Shown here piece after piece: positions 61,684-64,000 of a stretch of 64,000 nucleotides of DNA. A program made the position numbers and the translations under genes. The stretch is from Eukaryota sp. GEM-RC1 (Eukaryota): contig JAUFOQ010000016.1 in NCBI GenBank assembly GCA_040285855.1, forward strand, positions 310,001 through 374,000, written 5' to 3'. Positions within the stretch are counted from its first letter, which is position 1, and every line of letters starts with the position of its first letter. The notes beneath the pieces are model-generated. The model did not search any database and had not been told where the DNA came from. It saw only the letters and a list, made by a program, of their open reading frames with translations.

Positions 61684-63357
61684 TTACAAGTAGATGTTCA
61701 ACATGGGAAACTTTGATCGCATCAATCTAGTTTGTGCCTCCGATACCTGATCTTTTGAGAGAAACAAGGCTGGTTCATATATATCATTACGTAATCGATA
61801 CTCACCAATAAAGCCACGAGAGCGCAGCAACGGCGTAATGTCTGACACATCGGAATTCTCAAGTATCAAATATTGTAAGGACAAATACGATAAGGGAGCT
61901 AGATTTTTCACTCTAGTGTTTCCCAGTCCCAATACACGCAAATTAACCAATCCGGATAGGGGTGAAATATCTTGAATCTTAGTAAACTGGAGAAACAACA
62001 CTTCTAACTTAACTAAGTCAGCAAGTGGAGATACATCGGATACACGAGTTCTTGTCAAATCAAGAACAATCAGATTTGAGAGGGAGCTCAATGGTGAAAT
62101 GTCAGAAATGTTGCCAACAGATAAGATCAACTCCTTTAAGTTGATCATCCACATTAGAGGGGTGAAGTCATCTGATTTGATACCAAAAAGGTCCAGTTTT
62201 TCAAGGTGTCTTAAATTTTTAATTTTAATAACAGTGCCTCGTCCAATGTCAGCACAGTTTCGGATTACCTCTTCAAACTTTGAACCTGAATCGAAGTGAA
62301 AAATGTCTTCATCAGATGGTGCGACAACGACATTGTTATCACGATTGGCTGAGAAATCAAGAAATGACTGTTGAACATTCACAACGTTATTGACATTTGG
62401 AAATGAATCACAAGCAAGTGATGGGCTCGCAACTGGAGCTATTGAATGATTACGAAGACTCCTAGGTCGATGAATTTCCACAGAACATAATTGACACAGA
62501 TAGGTATCACACTGACAACAATAAAGAGTTGCTTCAGCATTGGAGCATTCTACACAGACTTGAATTGTTGGAGAAGACAGAGAAGATGTCAGTGAAACAT
62601 CAAAAACCGGAACTGTCGAATATTGTGGATGAGTAGGAGAATATAGGTTCTGAATTTGTCCAGGCAAAGTATTGTGGATCCCAGTGCTTCCAAGAGATCC
62701 AGTAGAATAAGCAAGTTGTTGTTGCAAAGACAGAAATCCATTTCTCATCTCAGAACAAATCGTTTCAGTGTGAGAGGACAGAACAGAATGTAGTGCTTGA
62801 TCGCGATCGATGATCGCTTCAATTGAGCTATTTGATAGCTTTTCTAGAGTCTTACCAGTGAAACCGATAAGCACTTCGTGTGAAAAGTTGTCCAATAGTC
62901 TGTTACAATCCAAAAATTGTCGTTTGAACGTCTCTCGACAAAACACTCTTTTGAGCAAACCTGCATCATCATGTTGAGATATGGATTGCCTAACTTTGTT
63001 GCACAGCTCAACGAAATGTAAGATGACTTGACGTAAACCCCTACATTTCGAGAGATCAGGGACTCTGAGCAAAGGAGAAACAATGAGTTCGGTGAGACGA
63101 AGCATTCTTGCGCCCAGCACTGCAGATTCAGATTTGTTAATCTTGACAGTCTTTATGGTTGAGAAAAGAGTTTGAAGTCCAGAGCCTAGAGGTTGCAAGA
63201 TAACTGAAGAAGCCATAACGACAGCAGCCAGCCGCAACACCGAATGTCCAACAGTGTCGATGAAAAGCTGTGGATTGATCTCCGCAAGATGATAGGGAAC
63301 ATCAGAAAGCATGGCACATAAAGATGAACTTAGATTCTGGTCCGTAGATCTGGACAT
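61684..63357 (-). CDS. MLKL-N-terminal-like helical bundle - B-box zinc finger - LRR protein
   Basis: aa ~55-165 IKTVKINKSESAVLGARMLRL..LLKRVFCRETFKRQFLDCNRLLD; B-box CVEC..CCQCDTYLCQLC..IH..H; 22-aa LxxLxLxxxxIxDISPL LRRs. Confidence 0.78.
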   Translation of the reverse strand: MSRSTDQNLSSSLCAMLSDVPYHLAEINPQLFIDTVGHSVLRLAAVVMASSVILQPLGSGLQTLFSTIKTVKINKSESAVLGARMLRLTELIVSPLLRVPDLSKCRGLRQVILHFVELCNKVRQSISQHDDAGLLKRVFCRETFKRQFLDCNRLLDNFSHEVLIGFTGKTLEKLSNSSIEAIIDRDQALHSVLSSHTETICSEMRNGFLSLQQQLAYSTGSLGSTGIHNTLPGQIQNLYSPTHPQYSTVPVFDVSLTSSLSSPTIQVCVECSNAEATLYCCQCDTYLCQLCSVEIHRPRSLRNHSIAPVASPSLACDSFPNVNNVVNVQQSFLDFSANRDNNVVVAPSDEDIFHFDSGSKFEEVIRNCADIGRGTVIKIKNLRHLEKLDLFGIKSDDFTPLMWMINLKELILSVGNISDISPLSSLSNLIVLDLTRTRVSDVSPLADLVKLEVLFLQFTKIQDISPLSGLVNLRVLGLGNTRVKNLAPLSYLSLQYLILENSDVSDITPLLRSRGFIGEYRLRNDIYEPALFLSKDQVSEAQTRLMRSKFPMLNIYL

Positions 63358-63756
63358 TGTTAAGAGTGAGATTTGGGAGACTTCAATTCATGAACTATTG
63401 ACACTAACCCGAATTGGTTTAGCATCACTGAAAACTGCTGTAGATGGTGATTCTGTCAATCCTTCATATGCTTTAATACAGTATTTTTTTGTAAAGGATT
63501 ATTACCATTGTATTCACTTGCCACATGTTCCCCTAAATGGTATCACACATTATAACTAACCAAAGGATGGAGACTTCTGAATTTGGTGAAGTGTCTCAAT
63601 TGTGGCAAAATTTCGTCAAGTAAATTGCAAACCCTGCTATTGAAAAGTTAATCGGAAACACCAATTTCAAATTCTCTAAATGATTCATTTAAAACGAAAT
63701 AGAGATGATGTGAATAGTCATTTATCACAACGATGTCACAAACACAAAAGAATAAC

Positions 63757-64000
63757 TTACTTGGTGCTACTTTCCTGTAGGAAACTTTCAGGAAGTAGTA
63801 GCAATTTGTGTTCCTCAAGTTCTTTAAAAGTTGTTCTAATAGTCATTTCAGCAACATCAGTAACTTGATGAACTTGAGTGAGTGTCTGGCTTAAGTTATA
63901 AGCCTGACACACAAGCCAAATAGCGGCAGCTGCTAGAGTAGACGGCTGCCTATTAACAGCAATTTTCATCTGAGAGCATTGCGATATAACATGGCCAGCA
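63757..64000 (-). CDS. TFIIB: TFIIB copy B, 3' part (5' end outside window)
   Basis: RQPSTLAAAAIWLVCQ..VAEMTIRTTFKEL in one intact frame. Confidence 0.9.
   Translation of the reverse strand, partial: AGHVISQCSQMKIAVNRQPSTLAAAAIWLVCQAYNLSQTLTQVHQVTDVAEMTIRTTFKELEEHKLLLLPESFLQESSTK

Overview
AT-rich, gene-dense eukaryotic (protist-like) DNA using the standard genetic code, with very short GT-AG introns (27-33 nt, one of 59 nt). Many frameshifts fall in homopolymer runs, suggesting long-read assembly errors. Recognisable genes: Cdc14, a degenerate DEAD-box helicase, a large HEAT/ARM-like protein, a 5'-truncated mevalonate kinase, the GEX1/KAR5/Brambleberry nuclear-fusion protein, a CCX/NCLX exchanger, an AEC/PIN-like transporter, KBL/GCAT, TFIIB (2 copies), a truncated SMC6, three BTB proteins and a U-box protein. 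Nested hAT, pogo, Ty3/gypsy and RLE-type non-LTR elements fill the intergenic DNA. Main discovery: two tiny introns (29 and 27 nt, conserved in both copies of a segmental duplication) join three separately called ORFs into one ~1445-aa predicted type II ('inverted') receptor kinase: RING finger - kinase - single TM - ~8 stalk repeats - RCC1 beta-propeller. The two paralogues are almost identical except in the propeller. In the intact copy the gene lies directly downstream of a gene encoding an MLKL-like N-terminal helical bundle - B-box - LRR protein, which suggests a candidate recognition/cell-death module. All domain calls are by-eye motif recognition; no database searches were run.
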